Of a stretch of DNA of 64,000 bases, positions 8,580 through 17,154 are shown in pieces. Made by a program: the position numbers and the translations under genes. Under the pieces are notes generated by a model. That model worked only from the letters and a program-made list of their open reading frames with translations, was not told the origin of the DNA and did no database searches. Within the stretch, counting starts at the first letter, position 1. Every line of letters starts with the position of its first letter. Source of the DNA: a virus. The DNA is taken from positions 43,890 through 107,889 of the IMG/VR virus record IMGVR_UViG_3300032236_000971; one strand, 5' to 3'.

Positions 8580-10871
8580 ATGATGGCAAGTATTAATGTA
8601 ACAAAGCGTAACGGTAGCAGAGAACCTCTTGATCTGAATAAATTTCATAAAGTTGTAGCTTGGGCTTGTGAAGGGTTGAATTCTGTTTCAGAATCTGAAA
8701 TTGAAATCAAGTCGCATATTCAGTTTTATGACGGTATCAAGACAACCGACATTCAAGAAACCTTGATCAAGGCGGCTGCTGATTTGATTAGCGAAGATTA
8801 CCCTGCGTATCAGTATGTTGCTGGTCGCCTTATCAACTATCATCTAAGAAAGCAAGTTTATGGTGACTATAACATTCCTACTCTCGTTGCTCATATTGAT
8901 CGTGTTATTGATGCAGGATATTACGACAAGGATATTAAAGAATGGTATTCTGTTGACGATATGGTTATTCTTAATTCTTATATTGATCACAAGCGAGACT
9001 TTTCAATCGCTTATGTTGGTATGGAGCAGTTTCGCGGCAAATATCTAATTAAGAACAGAGCTACTGGTAAAATCTACGAAACACCTCAGTTTGCGTACAT
9101 GCTTATAGCGATGGTTCTCTTCCGCAATTATCCAAAAGAAACAAGACTAAAATGGGTAAAGGACTTATATGACGCAACTTCTACTTTTGAAATTTCGCTG
9201 CCGACTCCTATTATGGCAGGTCTCCGCTCGCCTCAGAAGCAATTCTCTTCGTGCGTCCTTATCGAAACAGATGACAGCCTTGATTCAATTAATGCTACAG
9301 CTTCCGCAATCGTTAAGTATGTTTCTCAAAAAGCTGGTATCGGTATTAATGCTGGGCGTATTCGTGCTCTCGGCTCTCCTATTCGCGCTGGCGATACTAC
9401 ACATACTGGTGTTATTCCTTTCTACAAGCACTTTCAGTCTGCGGTTAAATCGTGCTCACAAGGCGGTGTCAGAGGCGGTGCAGCTACTCTTTACTACCCT
9501 ATCTGGCATTTGGAAGTCGAAGATCTACTGGTACTAAAGAATAACAAGGGCACAGAAGATAATCGTATCCGTGGTCTTGACTATGGTGTTCAATTTAATA
9601 AGGTGATGTATGAACGACTACTTTGCGGAGGTAATATCAGCCTCTTTTCGCCAAATGACGTTCCTGCTCTTTATGATGCTTTCTTTGTGGACGTGGATAA
9701 GTTTCGAACTCTTTACTTGGCAGCAGAAGCAGACCCAACAATCAGAAGAAAGTCAATCCCAGCCGTTGACCTCTTTTCAGCTTTTATGCAAGAGAGAAAA
9801 GACACAGGACGAATTTATCTGCAAAATGTAGATCACGCAAACGACCATGGAGCGTTCATCAAAGAACTAGCTCCTATTCATCAGTCTAATCTTTGCTGTG
9901 AGATTGATCTTCCTACAAAGCCACTAAATGATATTAATGATGAGAATGGAGAAATTTCACTATGCACACTAGCTGCCATCAACTGGGGGAAGATTCGTGA
10001 AACTTCTGATTTCGAGCGTCCTTGCACTCTTGCCGTACGTGCTTTGGATGAGTTACTTGACTATCAAGACTACCCAGTCCTCGCCGCAAAAAACTCCACA
10101 ATGGCAAGGCGTCCTCTTGGCGTGGGTATTATTAATTTGGCTTATTGGCTTGCTCGTAATGATCTGAGTTACCAAGATATCGATCACGATGGGTTGAGTA
10201 AGCTTCATTCGTTTGCGGAGGCTTGGTCTTATTATCTTATCAAAGCATCAGTCGATCTAGCGGAGGAAAAAGGTGCGTGCCCGAAAAGTAATGAAACAAA
10301 ATACAGCCAAGGTGCGTTCCCCATACACACCTACAAGAGAGAACTGGACGAAATCGTATCGCCTACGTATCGGATGGACTGGGTTTCGTTGGGCAATAAA
10401 GTTCAGCTTCACGGCATCAGAAACTCAACGCTCATGGCTCTTATGCCATCAGAAACATCAGCACAGATTAGCAACGCAACGAATGGTATTGAACCGCCAA
10501 GATCGCTTGTATCTGTTAAACAGAGTAAGGATGGAGTCCTTAAGCAAGTTGTACCCGAAGTTCGCAAACTTAAGAAAAAGTATGATCTTCTTTGGGATCA
10601 ACAATCGCCAGAAGGATATCTTAAAATATGTGCCGTACTTCAGAAGTTCATCGATCAAGGAATATCCGTTAACACCTCGTACAACCCTAAGTTCTACGAA
10701 GATGAAAAGATACCGATGAGTGATATGATTGGGCATCTGTTGATGTTCTATAAGTATGGTGGAAAGCAGCTATACTACTTCAACACCAATGATGGTGCTG
10801 GAGAATATGAAGAAGCACCTTTGGCTGCTGGTGTTGTTGAAGATGAGGATTGCGAGTCATGCAAAATTTAA
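8580..10871 (+). CDS. nrdA: Ribonucleotide reductase class Ia alpha subunit
   Basis: ATP cone VTKRNG; QFSSCVLI, SCSQGGVRGGA, SNLCCEI, MPSETS, C-terminal CESCKI. Confidence 0.98.
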   Translation: MMASINVTKRNGSREPLDLNKFHKVVAWACEGLNSVSESEIEIKSHIQFYDGIKTTDIQETLIKAAADLISEDYPAYQYVAGRLINYHLRKQVYGDYNIPTLVAHIDRVIDAGYYDKDIKEWYSVDDMVILNSYIDHKRDFSIAYVGMEQFRGKYLIKNRATGKIYETPQFAYMLIAMVLFRNYPKETRLKWVKDLYDATSTFEISLPTPIMAGLRSPQKQFSSCVLIETDDSLDSINATASAIVKYVSQKAGIGINAGRIRALGSPIRAGDTTHTGVIPFYKHFQSAVKSCSQGGVRGGAATLYYPIWHLEVEDLLVLKNNKGTEDNRIRGLDYGVQFNKVMYERLLCGGNISLFSPNDVPALYDAFFVDVDKFRTLYLAAEADPTIRRKSIPAVDLFSAFMQERKDTGRIYLQNVDHANDHGAFIKELAPIHQSNLCCEIDLPTKPLNDINDENGEISLCTLAAINWGKIRETSDFERPCTLAVRALDELLDYQDYPVLAAKNSTMARRPLGVGIINLAYWLARNDLSYQDIDHDGLSKLHSFAEAWSYYLIKASVDLAEEKGACPKSNETKYSQGAFPIHTYKRELDEIVSPTYRMDWVSLGNKVQLHGIRNSTLMALMPSETSAQISNATNGIEPPRSLVSVKQSKDGVLKQVVPEVRKLKKKYDLLWDQQSPEGYLKICAVLQKFIDQGISVNTSYNPKFYEDEKIPMSDMIGHLLMFYKYGGKQLYYFNTNDGAGEYEEAPLAAGVVEDEDCESCKI

Positions 10872-11011
10872 TTGAGAAATATGCAATCATTATGGCTCTT
10901 GGTAATAATGGTGGTGAATGGGCTACTCATTATACTGAGGAACAGAAAAATGTTTGGCGCAAACGTGTTGAACAACTTATTGAAGATATCAAGTTAGAGT
11001 TGGTTAAATGA
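10859..11011 (+). CDS. Small hypothetical protein (50 aa)
   Basis: Read by hand: MQNLIEKYAIIMALGNNGGEWATHYTEEQK...; overlaps both neighbours. Confidence 0.55.
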   Translation: MQNLIEKYAIIMALGNNGGEWATHYTEEQKNVWRKRVEQLIEDIKLELVK

Positions 11012-11196
11012 AAGCTAAGAAAATGAAGTTGACTTTTGAAGAAATTTTCAGTAAGATAGAAAAATGCGAGTTTGTTATTGTGCATACAAAAGAGGAGATG
11101 AAACCTTACCTCCTCAATGCCAACGATAACACAATTTATACGATGCCAGAAGGATACCTTGAATATGACAAAAGGTTTTACTATCGCAAGTATTGA
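11008..11196 (+). CDS. Hypothetical protein
   Basis: ORF track; ATGA overlap. Confidence 0.55.
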   Translation: MKAKKMKLTFEEIFSKIEKCEFVIVHTKEEMKPYLLNANDNTIYTMPEGYLEYDKRFYYRKY

Positions 11197-11380
11197 TGGT
11201 CTAGGAATTGGTAAAAACGATAGAATCTATCACGATATGACAACTATGATAGATTCAAAATACAACGATAAGTATTTTGTTCATAGAGTGATTAGGTTTC
11301 TTCGCGATTATCCTGAAAGAGCGCCAGACTATATAGATTTCGTGCCAGATTGGGAAACAAGGAATATAGATGACGTATAG
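11165..11380 (+). CDS. Hypothetical protein
   Basis: ORF track 11117..11380; internal ATG at 11165 is the more likely start. Confidence 0.5.
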   Translation: MTKGFTIASIDGLGIGKNDRIYHDMTTMIDSKYNDKYFVHRVIRFLRDYPERAPDYIDFVPDWETRNIDDV

Positions 11381-12488
11381 TGTATTCGATTCAAATAACA
11401 AGAAAGATGCAACACAGGTAAGAGCATTCTTCGATGATGCTCCTACAATCGCACGTTATGATAAGCAGAAGTATGCTTGGATTGAAAAGCTTACAGATAA
11501 GCAGCTGGGTTTCTTCTGGCGACCTGAAGAGGTTGATATCTATAAAGATGCTAAAGATTTTAAGGATTTAACAGTTCATGAACAACACATATTCACATCA
11601 AACCTCAAGCGTCAGATACTCCTTGATTCTGTACAAGGAAGAGCACCAACAGCGGCATTTGGACCTATTTGTTCATTACCTGAACTCGAAACCTGGATCA
11701 CAACTTGGGCTTTTTCAGAAACCATACACTCTAGATCATATACACACATCATACGAAACATATATCCCAACCCTTCTAAGATTTTCGACGAAATTACTGA
11801 CATCCCAGAGATCGTAGAATGTGCTGGTGATATCAGTAAGTATTATGATAATCTTATTTGGTGTAATACTAACTACAAGTACTCCGATGAATATGGTACT
11901 GGTCTACAGAATGATTTGACTAGATATAATCATAAGAAAGCTCTCTGGCTCGCCTTAATGTCTGTTAATGTTCTTGAAGGAGTTAGGTTCTATGTATCTT
12001 TTGCATGCTCATGGGCATTTGCGGAGGTCAAGAGGATGGAAGGTAATGCGAAAATCATTAAGTTTATCGCTCGTGACGAAAACTTGCATCTCGCTGGAAC
12101 ACAACAGCTACTCAAGGCGCTACCGAAAGAAGATGCAGACTTCGCTAGAATTGCAGAAGAAACAAAAGATGGATGCATCAGTCTATTTGTGGGCGCTGTT
12201 GAACAAGAAAAGGCATGGGCAAGTTATCTATTCAGGGACGGGTCGATGGTTGGTCTCAACCAAGTCCTACTCTCAGAATACATCGAGTGGATCGCCAATA
12301 AGCGAATGACCGCTGTTGGATTGCCAACTACATATAAGGGTGGATCTAATCCATTGCCTTGGACGCAAAAGTGGATTTCTGGTGCAGAAGTTCAGGTAGC
12401 GCCGCAGGAAACTGAAATTACCAGCTATGTTAATGGTGGTGTTAAGAAGGATGTTAATGGTGATACATTTAAGGGGTTCTCGCTATGA
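11370..12488 (+). CDS. nrdB: Ribonucleotide reductase class Ia beta subunit
   Basis: FFWRPEE, LDSVQGR, ETIHSRSY, EGVRFYVSF, RDENLH, VAPQETEITSY. Confidence 0.98.
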   Translation: MTYSVFDSNNKKDATQVRAFFDDAPTIARYDKQKYAWIEKLTDKQLGFFWRPEEVDIYKDAKDFKDLTVHEQHIFTSNLKRQILLDSVQGRAPTAAFGPICSLPELETWITTWAFSETIHSRSYTHIIRNIYPNPSKIFDEITDIPEIVECAGDISKYYDNLIWCNTNYKYSDEYGTGLQNDLTRYNHKKALWLALMSVNVLEGVRFYVSFACSWAFAEVKRMEGNAKIIKFIARDENLHLAGTQQLLKALPKEDADFARIAEETKDGCISLFVGAVEQEKAWASYLFRDGSMVGLNQVLLSEYIEWIANKRMTAVGLPTTYKGGSNPLPWTQKWISGAEVQVAPQETEITSYVNGGVKKDVNGDTFKGFSL

Positions 12489-12772
12489 GTGATGTAAGAA
12501 ATGATGCAAAAATGGCTCTTGCCAGATATGAGTCATCTTATGCTGCGTTCGGTGCAGAAGCTTGCTTTACACTGAAAGGTTTACGTGATGTGCAAAGATA
12601 CATCGAAAAGCTGGAGGCGGCGCTGCGGGAGATTGAAGGCAAACTAAACGTCCTGCGCGACAACATAATAGATGATTACGAGCCTAAGTATCCGTACACC
12701 ATAAGGTACGCCCAAAACACAGAGAGATGCGCAAAGATCGCCCGCAAAGCACTGGAGGGGAAAGATGACTGA
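12485..12772 (+). CDS. Hypothetical protein
   Basis: ORF coupled to the nrdB stop. Confidence 0.65.
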   Translation: MSDVRNDAKMALARYESSYAAFGAEACFTLKGLRDVQRYIEKLEAALREIEGKLNVLRDNIIDDYEPKYPYTIRYAQNTERCAKIARKALEGKDD

Positions 12773-13130
12773 AGATTACAAACATAAGTATGATGCGCTT
12801 ATGGAGCGTTGTGCTAAATTTATGTCAGAGTTTGCGCCACCATCACCTTATGAACTTGGTTTCAAAGCTGGTTGGGAAGCAGCAAAGCAAGAGTTTCATA
12901 AAGATAACACTTACGTTCCTGACACAACCAAGCCAGCAAAAACAATGGATATTCAATGGCCAAGAGATTACCCAAATACAACTAATCCTTGGCCACCACA
13001 AACCGTAGTTTATCAAGCTTGCGGGGTTTGTGGTATAGGTGGTGATATAAATAAGGCAATGGCGTATGTCTGTAACAACCCACAATGTCCAACAAGAGTG
13101 ACTTGTACAACAACAGGAACAGCAACATGA
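12765..13130 (+). CDS. Hypothetical protein with Cys-rich C-terminus
   Basis: CGVC...CNNPQC. Confidence 0.65.
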   Translation: MTEDYKHKYDALMERCAKFMSEFAPPSPYELGFKAGWEAAKQEFHKDNTYVPDTTKPAKTMDIQWPRDYPNTTNPWPPQTVVYQACGVCGIGGDINKAMAYVCNNPQCPTRVTCTTTGTAT

Positions 13131-13285
13131 GCAAAAAGTACGATATAGTTTGTGAAGAGTGCGATGCAAATTTTGATGTAATGTCTGACCTTATTGAGAG
13201 GGTTGATTATTGCCCGTTCTGTGGTGAGTTTATCCCTCTTGAAGAAGATGGATGGGATGACGAAGAGGCTGGTTTCGACGAGTAA
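13127..13285 (+). CDS. Small zinc-ribbon protein
   Basis: CEEC...CPFCG with acidic tail; ATG 13127 overlaps the upstream stop. Confidence 0.75.
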   Translation: MSKKYDIVCEECDANFDVMSDLIERVDYCPFCGEFIPLEEDGWDDEEAGFDE

Positions 13286-13312
13286 TAAATATGGGGAGGA
13301 GGACTCCCCATG
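13284..13312 (+). promoter_or_regulatory. Late-promoter-like AATAAATA plus hairpin sequestering RBS and ATG
   Basis: AATAAATA 13284-13291; stem ATGGGGAG 13291-13298 / CTCCCCAT 13304-13311, loop GAGGA. Confidence 0.7.
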
Positions 13313-13720
13313 TGGTTTTATAATGGTGAATATATTGACAAACCAGGCGATTACGTTGGGTTTGTATACATAATAACAAATCAGCTTACAAACCGAAAAT
13401 ATATCGGTAAAAAGAACTTTTACTTTTCAAGGTCAAAGCAAGTCAAGGGAAAAAAGAAACGTTTTAAGGTTGAGTCGGATTGGCTTGATTACTACGGTTC
13501 GAACAAAGAGCTACAACAAGACGTAGAAAAACTCGGTAAAGAAAACTTTAAACGGGAAATCGTCAGACTCTGTAAAACAAAAGCTGAGTTCGGCTACTAT
13601 GAAGCCAAGCTACAGTTTGATAATAACGTACTAGAATCAGATGACTGGTACAATACATGGATAATGTGCAGAGTGCATAAAAAACACTTGACTTTCCTCC
13701 GAAATGAGCGTAGTATATAA
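13310..13720 (+). CDS. GIY-YIG endonuclease (EndoII/Seg-like)
   Basis: GFVYIITNQLTNRKYIGKK, YYGS, FKREIV, WYN. Confidence 0.9.
   Translation: MWFYNGEYIDKPGDYVGFVYIITNQLTNRKYIGKKNFYFSRSKQVKGKKKRFKVESDWLDYYGSNKELQQDVEKLGKENFKREIVRLCKTKAEFGYYEAKLQFDNNVLESDDWYNTWIMCRVHKKHLTFLRNERSI
13688..13716 (+). promoter_or_regulatory. sigma70-type promoter for tRNA-Leu
   Basis: TTGACT-N17-TAGTAT ending 10 nt before the tRNA. Confidence 0.7.
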
Positions 13721-13725
13721 CTATT

Positions 13726-13803
13726 GCCCCAGTAGGCCAACAGGTTAGAGTCAACGGACTTAAAATCCGTACAGTGTCGGTTCGAATCCGACTTGGGGCA
13801 CCA
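13726..13803 (+). tRNA. tRNA-Leu(TAA) with short variable loop
   Basis: Acceptor GCCCCAG/TTGGGGC; anticodon arm ACGGA-CTTAAAA-TCCGT; T arm GTCGG-TTCGAAT-CCGAC; encoded CCA. Confidence 0.93.
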
Positions 13804-13822
13804 AACAACAAATAGGTGAAAT

Positions 13823-14296
13823 ATGTCAAGAGAGTTTAATCTCGATGAAGTTAAAGAATTTATCCGTAGCACTTCAGATTCATCCAATATTTACATTGGA
13901 GCCGATTCTGAGCGGTATCGTGGTCGCGATAACCAGTGGTATGCTGACTACACAGTTGCTGTCGTTATTCATATTGATGGCTCACGTGGATGTAAGGTAT
14001 TCGGACAAGTCACTACTGAGCGCGATTATGACAAAAGGCATGACCGCCCAGCGTATCGCCTAATGAATGAAGTCTATAAAGCATCTCAGATGTACATTGA
14101 CTTGTTCGAGGATATCGGTGATCGTCATTGTGAAGTTCATCTTGACATTAACCCTGACGAAATGCACGGATCTTCTTGCGTTATTCAACAGGCAACTGGC
14201 TATATTCGTGGTATGTGTGGGTTTGCTCCCAAAGTGAAGCCAGAAGCTTTTGCAGCATCATACGCTGCTGATAGACTCAAGGAAATCCTTGCTTAA
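13823..14296 (+). CDS. RNase H-like YkuK-family protein
   Basis: IYIGADS, RLMNEVYKA, EVHLDINPD, VKPEAFAASYAAD. Confidence 0.85.
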   Translation: MSREFNLDEVKEFIRSTSDSSNIYIGADSERYRGRDNQWYADYTVAVVIHIDGSRGCKVFGQVTTERDYDKRHDRPAYRLMNEVYKASQMYIDLFEDIGDRHCEVHLDINPDEMHGSSCVIQQATGYIRGMCGFAPKVKPEAFAASYAADRLKEILA

Positions 14297-14298
14297 AG

Positions 14299-14502
14299 AT
14301 GAAAGAAAATACCCTCATCTTAGTTAAAACTATAACGTATAGGGTAACATCTAGCCTAGCAACGTTTATCATTGCTTGGTTAGCTACTGGTTCATATACA
14401 ACTGGTGGTATTGTAGCGATTTCTCGTGGATTGTTTGGTACTGTTTGGTACGCAGTTCACGAGAAAATTTGGTCAGTGATTAAAAAGAATAAGTGCTGGT
14501 AG
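14299..14502 (+). CDS. Small membrane protein (DUF2061-like)
   Basis: VKTITYRV...WYAVHEKIW pattern; last codons overlap the tRNA 5' end. Confidence 0.6.
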   Translation: MKENTLILVKTITYRVTSSLATFIIAWLATGSYTTGGIVAISRGLFGTVWYAVHEKIWSVIKKNKCW

Positions 14503-14568
14503 CTTAGTGGCCAAAGCCGACCGCTCATAACGGTCCTATCGGGGGTTCGAGTCCCTCCCGGCACACCA
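14493..14568 (+). tRNA. tRNA with CAT anticodon, probably tRNA-Ile2 (lysidine-modified, reads ATA)
   Basis: Acceptor GTGCTGG/CCGGCAC with C4-G69; anticodon arm GACCG-CTCATAA-CGGTC resembles alphaproteobacterial Ile2; lacks initiator features; encoded CCA. Confidence 0.85.
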
Positions 14569-14584
14569 CTTTCTGAGGTGTATA

Positions 14585-14791
14585 ATGGAAGATATCGAAA
14601 AACATTTTGATAGAATGGAAGAGTTGTTTCAACCAATTGAACAACAAATATTAATGACTGACGATAAGAATGACCTTTTACTTCTATCAACAATTATGTT
14701 AACGACTGCTAAGAGAATATTTGAAGAACAATATGGTGAACAAGTTGGTCATATATTGATTGACAGAATCCTAAACACAAGGAGTACATAA
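14585..14791 (+). CDS. Hypothetical protein
   Basis: ORF with GAGGTG RBS. Confidence 0.65.
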   Translation: MEDIEKHFDRMEELFQPIEQQILMTDDKNDLLLLSTIMLTTAKRIFEEQYGEQVGHILIDRILNTRST

Positions 14792-14880
14792 TGGCACATC
14801 CGCATAAGAATCGCCCTCGTAAGGGTCGTCGTAAGCTTGGTTCTAAGAAGCGTAAGCAGAGAAATAAGCGTAAGAAGTGA
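14791..14880 (+). CDS. 29 aa very basic peptide
   Basis: MAHPHKNRPRKGRRKLGSKKRKQRNKRKK*; AAGGAG RBS; overlaps both neighbours; too short for the ORF track. Confidence 0.75.
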   Translation: MAHPHKNRPRKGRRKLGSKKRKQRNKRKK

Positions 14881-15224
14881 GACTACTAGTAACCTTGTTT
14901 GCCCTGATACTTTCCACCAGTGCTATTGCTGATGATAAGTATCAGGGCAAAGCGTCTTGGTACAAAGGCGGAAAGAAAACAGCTCAGGGTAAAAAATTCG
15001 ATCCAACTAAATATTCAGTAGCACATCGTACTCTTCCTTTCGGTACGATGTTAAGATTAACGAATGTAAAAAACGGTAACACAATCGAAGCCGTTGTAAA
15101 CGATAGAGGACCATTCGTTAGAACAAGAGAACTCGATGTTTCGAGTAGTGCAGCGCAAGCATTAGGTTTTTTTCATAGCGGCACAGCGAAACTAGTAATC
15201 GAAGTTCTTGACGGGAGAAAATAA
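14877..15224 (+). CDS. rlpA: RlpA-like lytic transglycosylase (DPBB fold)
   Basis: Signal peptide; GKASWY, AHRTLPFGT, VNDRGPF, LDVS. Confidence 0.92.
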   Translation: MRLLVTLFALILSTSAIADDKYQGKASWYKGGKKTAQGKKFDPTKYSVAHRTLPFGTMLRLTNVKNGNTIEAVVNDRGPFVRTRELDVSSSAAQALGFFHSGTAKLVIEVLDGRK

Positions 15225-15225
15225 A

Positions 15226-16023
15226 ATGTATAGATTTATTCTAGCTTTTATAGTTGCGTTAGGCATTATGGTTCCAGCTGCTTCTATAGCAGCACCAACT
15301 ACCGAACAAACTGTTCAGGTTAAGAAACAAACAGTCAAGAAGCATAAACGAAAGAGAACAAAGAAAAAACCTGTTAAGGTTGAAGAAGCTCGTAATCCTT
15401 TTGTTCGTTGTGAAAATGCTGACTGTAGCCCAAAGCCTGTTGTTACAGCTACGAATAATACTCAAGAGCAATCAGCTGCTGAGTTTTTTAGAGAAGATCA
15501 AGCTCGTACGCTTCAGCAGAAACTTATTCATAGCCCACTTCAATTAACACGTGATGAAAAGCGTCAACAGGTAGCCAGAGGATGCTCATGGTTTTCTTGT
15601 GATAATAAAGTTGTAATGGAAGCAAAACAATGGGAAGGTAAAACAGCAAAGAACGACCGTAAAGAGCTACGGAACTTATTCGCTAACGGTAATATGCCTC
15701 CTATTGATCCAGTAAGAACACCTTGGTGCGCTGCGTTTGCTAATGCTATTCTTTCGCGTAGTGGATACGAAACAACCAATAGCTTAATGGCTCGTTCATT
15801 TCTTTCTTGGGGCGTGAAGACAAAAGATCCTAAAGAAGGTGATATTGTTGTTCTAAAGCGTGGACGTGGTGGTACATTCGGTCATGTTGGTTTCTTTCAA
15901 GGATATGAAGTTATCGATGGCATAACGTATGTAAAGGTTCTTGGCGGTAATACAGATCATGCTGTCCAAGTAGGTTACTATCCAATTCAGAAAGTATTAG
16001 GTTTTAGAACAGCGGTAGTATAA
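15226..16023 (+). CDS. Exported TIGR02594-family NlpC/P60-like peptidoglycan hydrolase
   Basis: Signal peptide; TPWCAAFAN, ARSFLSWG, GDIVV, GHVGFF, LGGN. Confidence 0.85.
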   Translation: MYRFILAFIVALGIMVPAASIAAPTTEQTVQVKKQTVKKHKRKRTKKKPVKVEEARNPFVRCENADCSPKPVVTATNNTQEQSAAEFFREDQARTLQQKLIHSPLQLTRDEKRQQVARGCSWFSCDNKVVMEAKQWEGKTAKNDRKELRNLFANGNMPPIDPVRTPWCAAFANAILSRSGYETTNSLMARSFLSWGVKTKDPKEGDIVVLKRGRGGTFGHVGFFQGYEVIDGITYVKVLGGNTDHAVQVGYYPIQKVLGFRTAVV

Positions 16024-16178
16024 TGTGGAGATTATGGGCTAAGGCGCTTGGTGAAAAATTTGGTAATACGAATGAAGAAGCTGATAAAATTGCTTGTATT
16101 CGCACCATTATTGTAGTATCATATATAATAACAAATTTGTTCATAGTTGCAGGTGTAATACGTCATTGGAACAGCTAA
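16023..16178 (+). CDS. Small membrane protein of a type seen in T4-like phages
   Basis: Read by hand: MWRLWAKALGEKFGNTNEEADKIACIRTIIVVSYIITNLFIVAGVIRHWNS*. Confidence 0.7.
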   Translation: MWRLWAKALGEKFGNTNEEADKIACIRTIIVVSYIITNLFIVAGVIRHWNS

Positions 16179-16189
16179 AGGAGAAAAGT

Positions 16190-16300
16190 ATGAGTGATAT
16201 ATACTTAGAAGATATGATTATGGCTGATATGATTATCAACGGCTATGATCCAACAGACCCACTAGATATTGAAACTTACTGGGATATGAGGTTGTCATGA
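16190..16300 (+). CDS. Small acidic hypothetical protein
   Basis: AGGAG RBS before ATG 16190. Confidence 0.55.
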   Translation: MSDIYLEDMIMADMIINGYDPTDPLDIETYWDMRLS

Positions 16301-16569
16301 TTGGTCACGTAGAAATCTGGTCTAAGCCAGACTGTCCTTATTGCTCTAGAGCAAAGAACGTATTGCGTTCGAATAATATCAATTTCACGGAAAAGATGTT
16401 GAACCGTGACTTTACGAGAGAAATTCTTCAGGAAACATACCCATCCGCCAAAACGTTTCCTGTTGTAGTAGTTGATGGTTTTTATATTGGCGGATACACA
16501 CAACTAGCTGAAAAGCTAAACCAGCAAAACAACTCAACTCAACAACTTCTAAATGAACAGGTGATGTAA
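16297..16569 (+). CDS. nrdC: Glutaredoxin
   Basis: CPYC active site, TFPVV, IGGY. Confidence 0.93.
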   Translation: MIGHVEIWSKPDCPYCSRAKNVLRSNNINFTEKMLNRDFTREILQETYPSAKTFPVVVVDGFYIGGYTQLAEKLNQQNNSTQQLLNEQVM

Positions 16570-16844
16570 TGTTATATGATCGCGCAACACTAATGGAAGA
16601 CCTTCGGCATTCGGTCGCTGAAGTAACATTCACTAAGGTAAATGGCGAACGCCGTATTATGCGTTGTACTCTTGACCCTCGTTATCTTCCTAAGATGACA
16701 ACTGAACAAACGGATCATTTGGAAGAACAACACAAGCGTGTAGAAAATCAGGAAGTTATCGCTTGTTGGGATCTTCAGGCTAATGGTTGGCGTTCTTTCA
16801 GAGTTGATTCGGTTCAATACGTTCAGCAAATCGACGGATACTAA
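16569..16844 (+). CDS. WYL/SH3-like beta-barrel protein conserved in T4-like phages
   Basis: VTFTKVNGERRIMRCTL...WDLQANGWRSFRVDSV. Confidence 0.8.
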   Translation: MLYDRATLMEDLRHSVAEVTFTKVNGERRIMRCTLDPRYLPKMTTEQTDHLEEQHKRVENQEVIACWDLQANGWRSFRVDSVQYVQQIDGY

Positions 16845-16845
16845 A

Positions 16846-17154
16846 ATGAAAAAGCTTGTTATGGTTGACTGTCTCTCGCAGTTTCGTATTCGTTACTGTG
16901 TTGAGGTAGAAGATGATATTGATCATGCTCTTGATGAGATCGTTTGTAACTATGGTGAAATGGAGTTTCATGAGTTTTCACAAGAACATTTACTTCCTAG
17001 TCCTATCTTTATCTCGCATAGAGAGATAACCAAGGAAGAGTATCTTCGTATGTTTGATGAAGATAACAACTACCTAAAGGATTGGACTGAAGAACAAAAG
17101 TTGAAGTTCATCAATAAAGTAAACTATGAAAAGCCAGAACTCGCTGGCGGTTGA
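16846..17154 (+). CDS. Hypothetical protein
   Basis: ATG 16846 directly after the upstream stop. Confidence 0.7.
   Translation: MKKLVMVDCLSQFRIRYCVEVEDDIDHALDEIVCNYGEMEFHEFSQEHLLPSPIFISHREITKEEYLRMFDEDNNYLKDWTEEQKLKFINKVNYEKPELAGG

Noticed and set aside
10872-11369. Intron or homing endonuclease between nrdA and nrdB
   Set aside because: The interval is filled by three short ORFs without HNH, GIY-YIG or LAGLIDADG motifs; nrdA and nrdB are uninterrupted
14493-14568. Initiator tRNA-fMet
   Set aside because: Position 1-72 is paired and the three consecutive G-C pairs of the initiator anticodon stem are absent; elongator Met is not fully excluded
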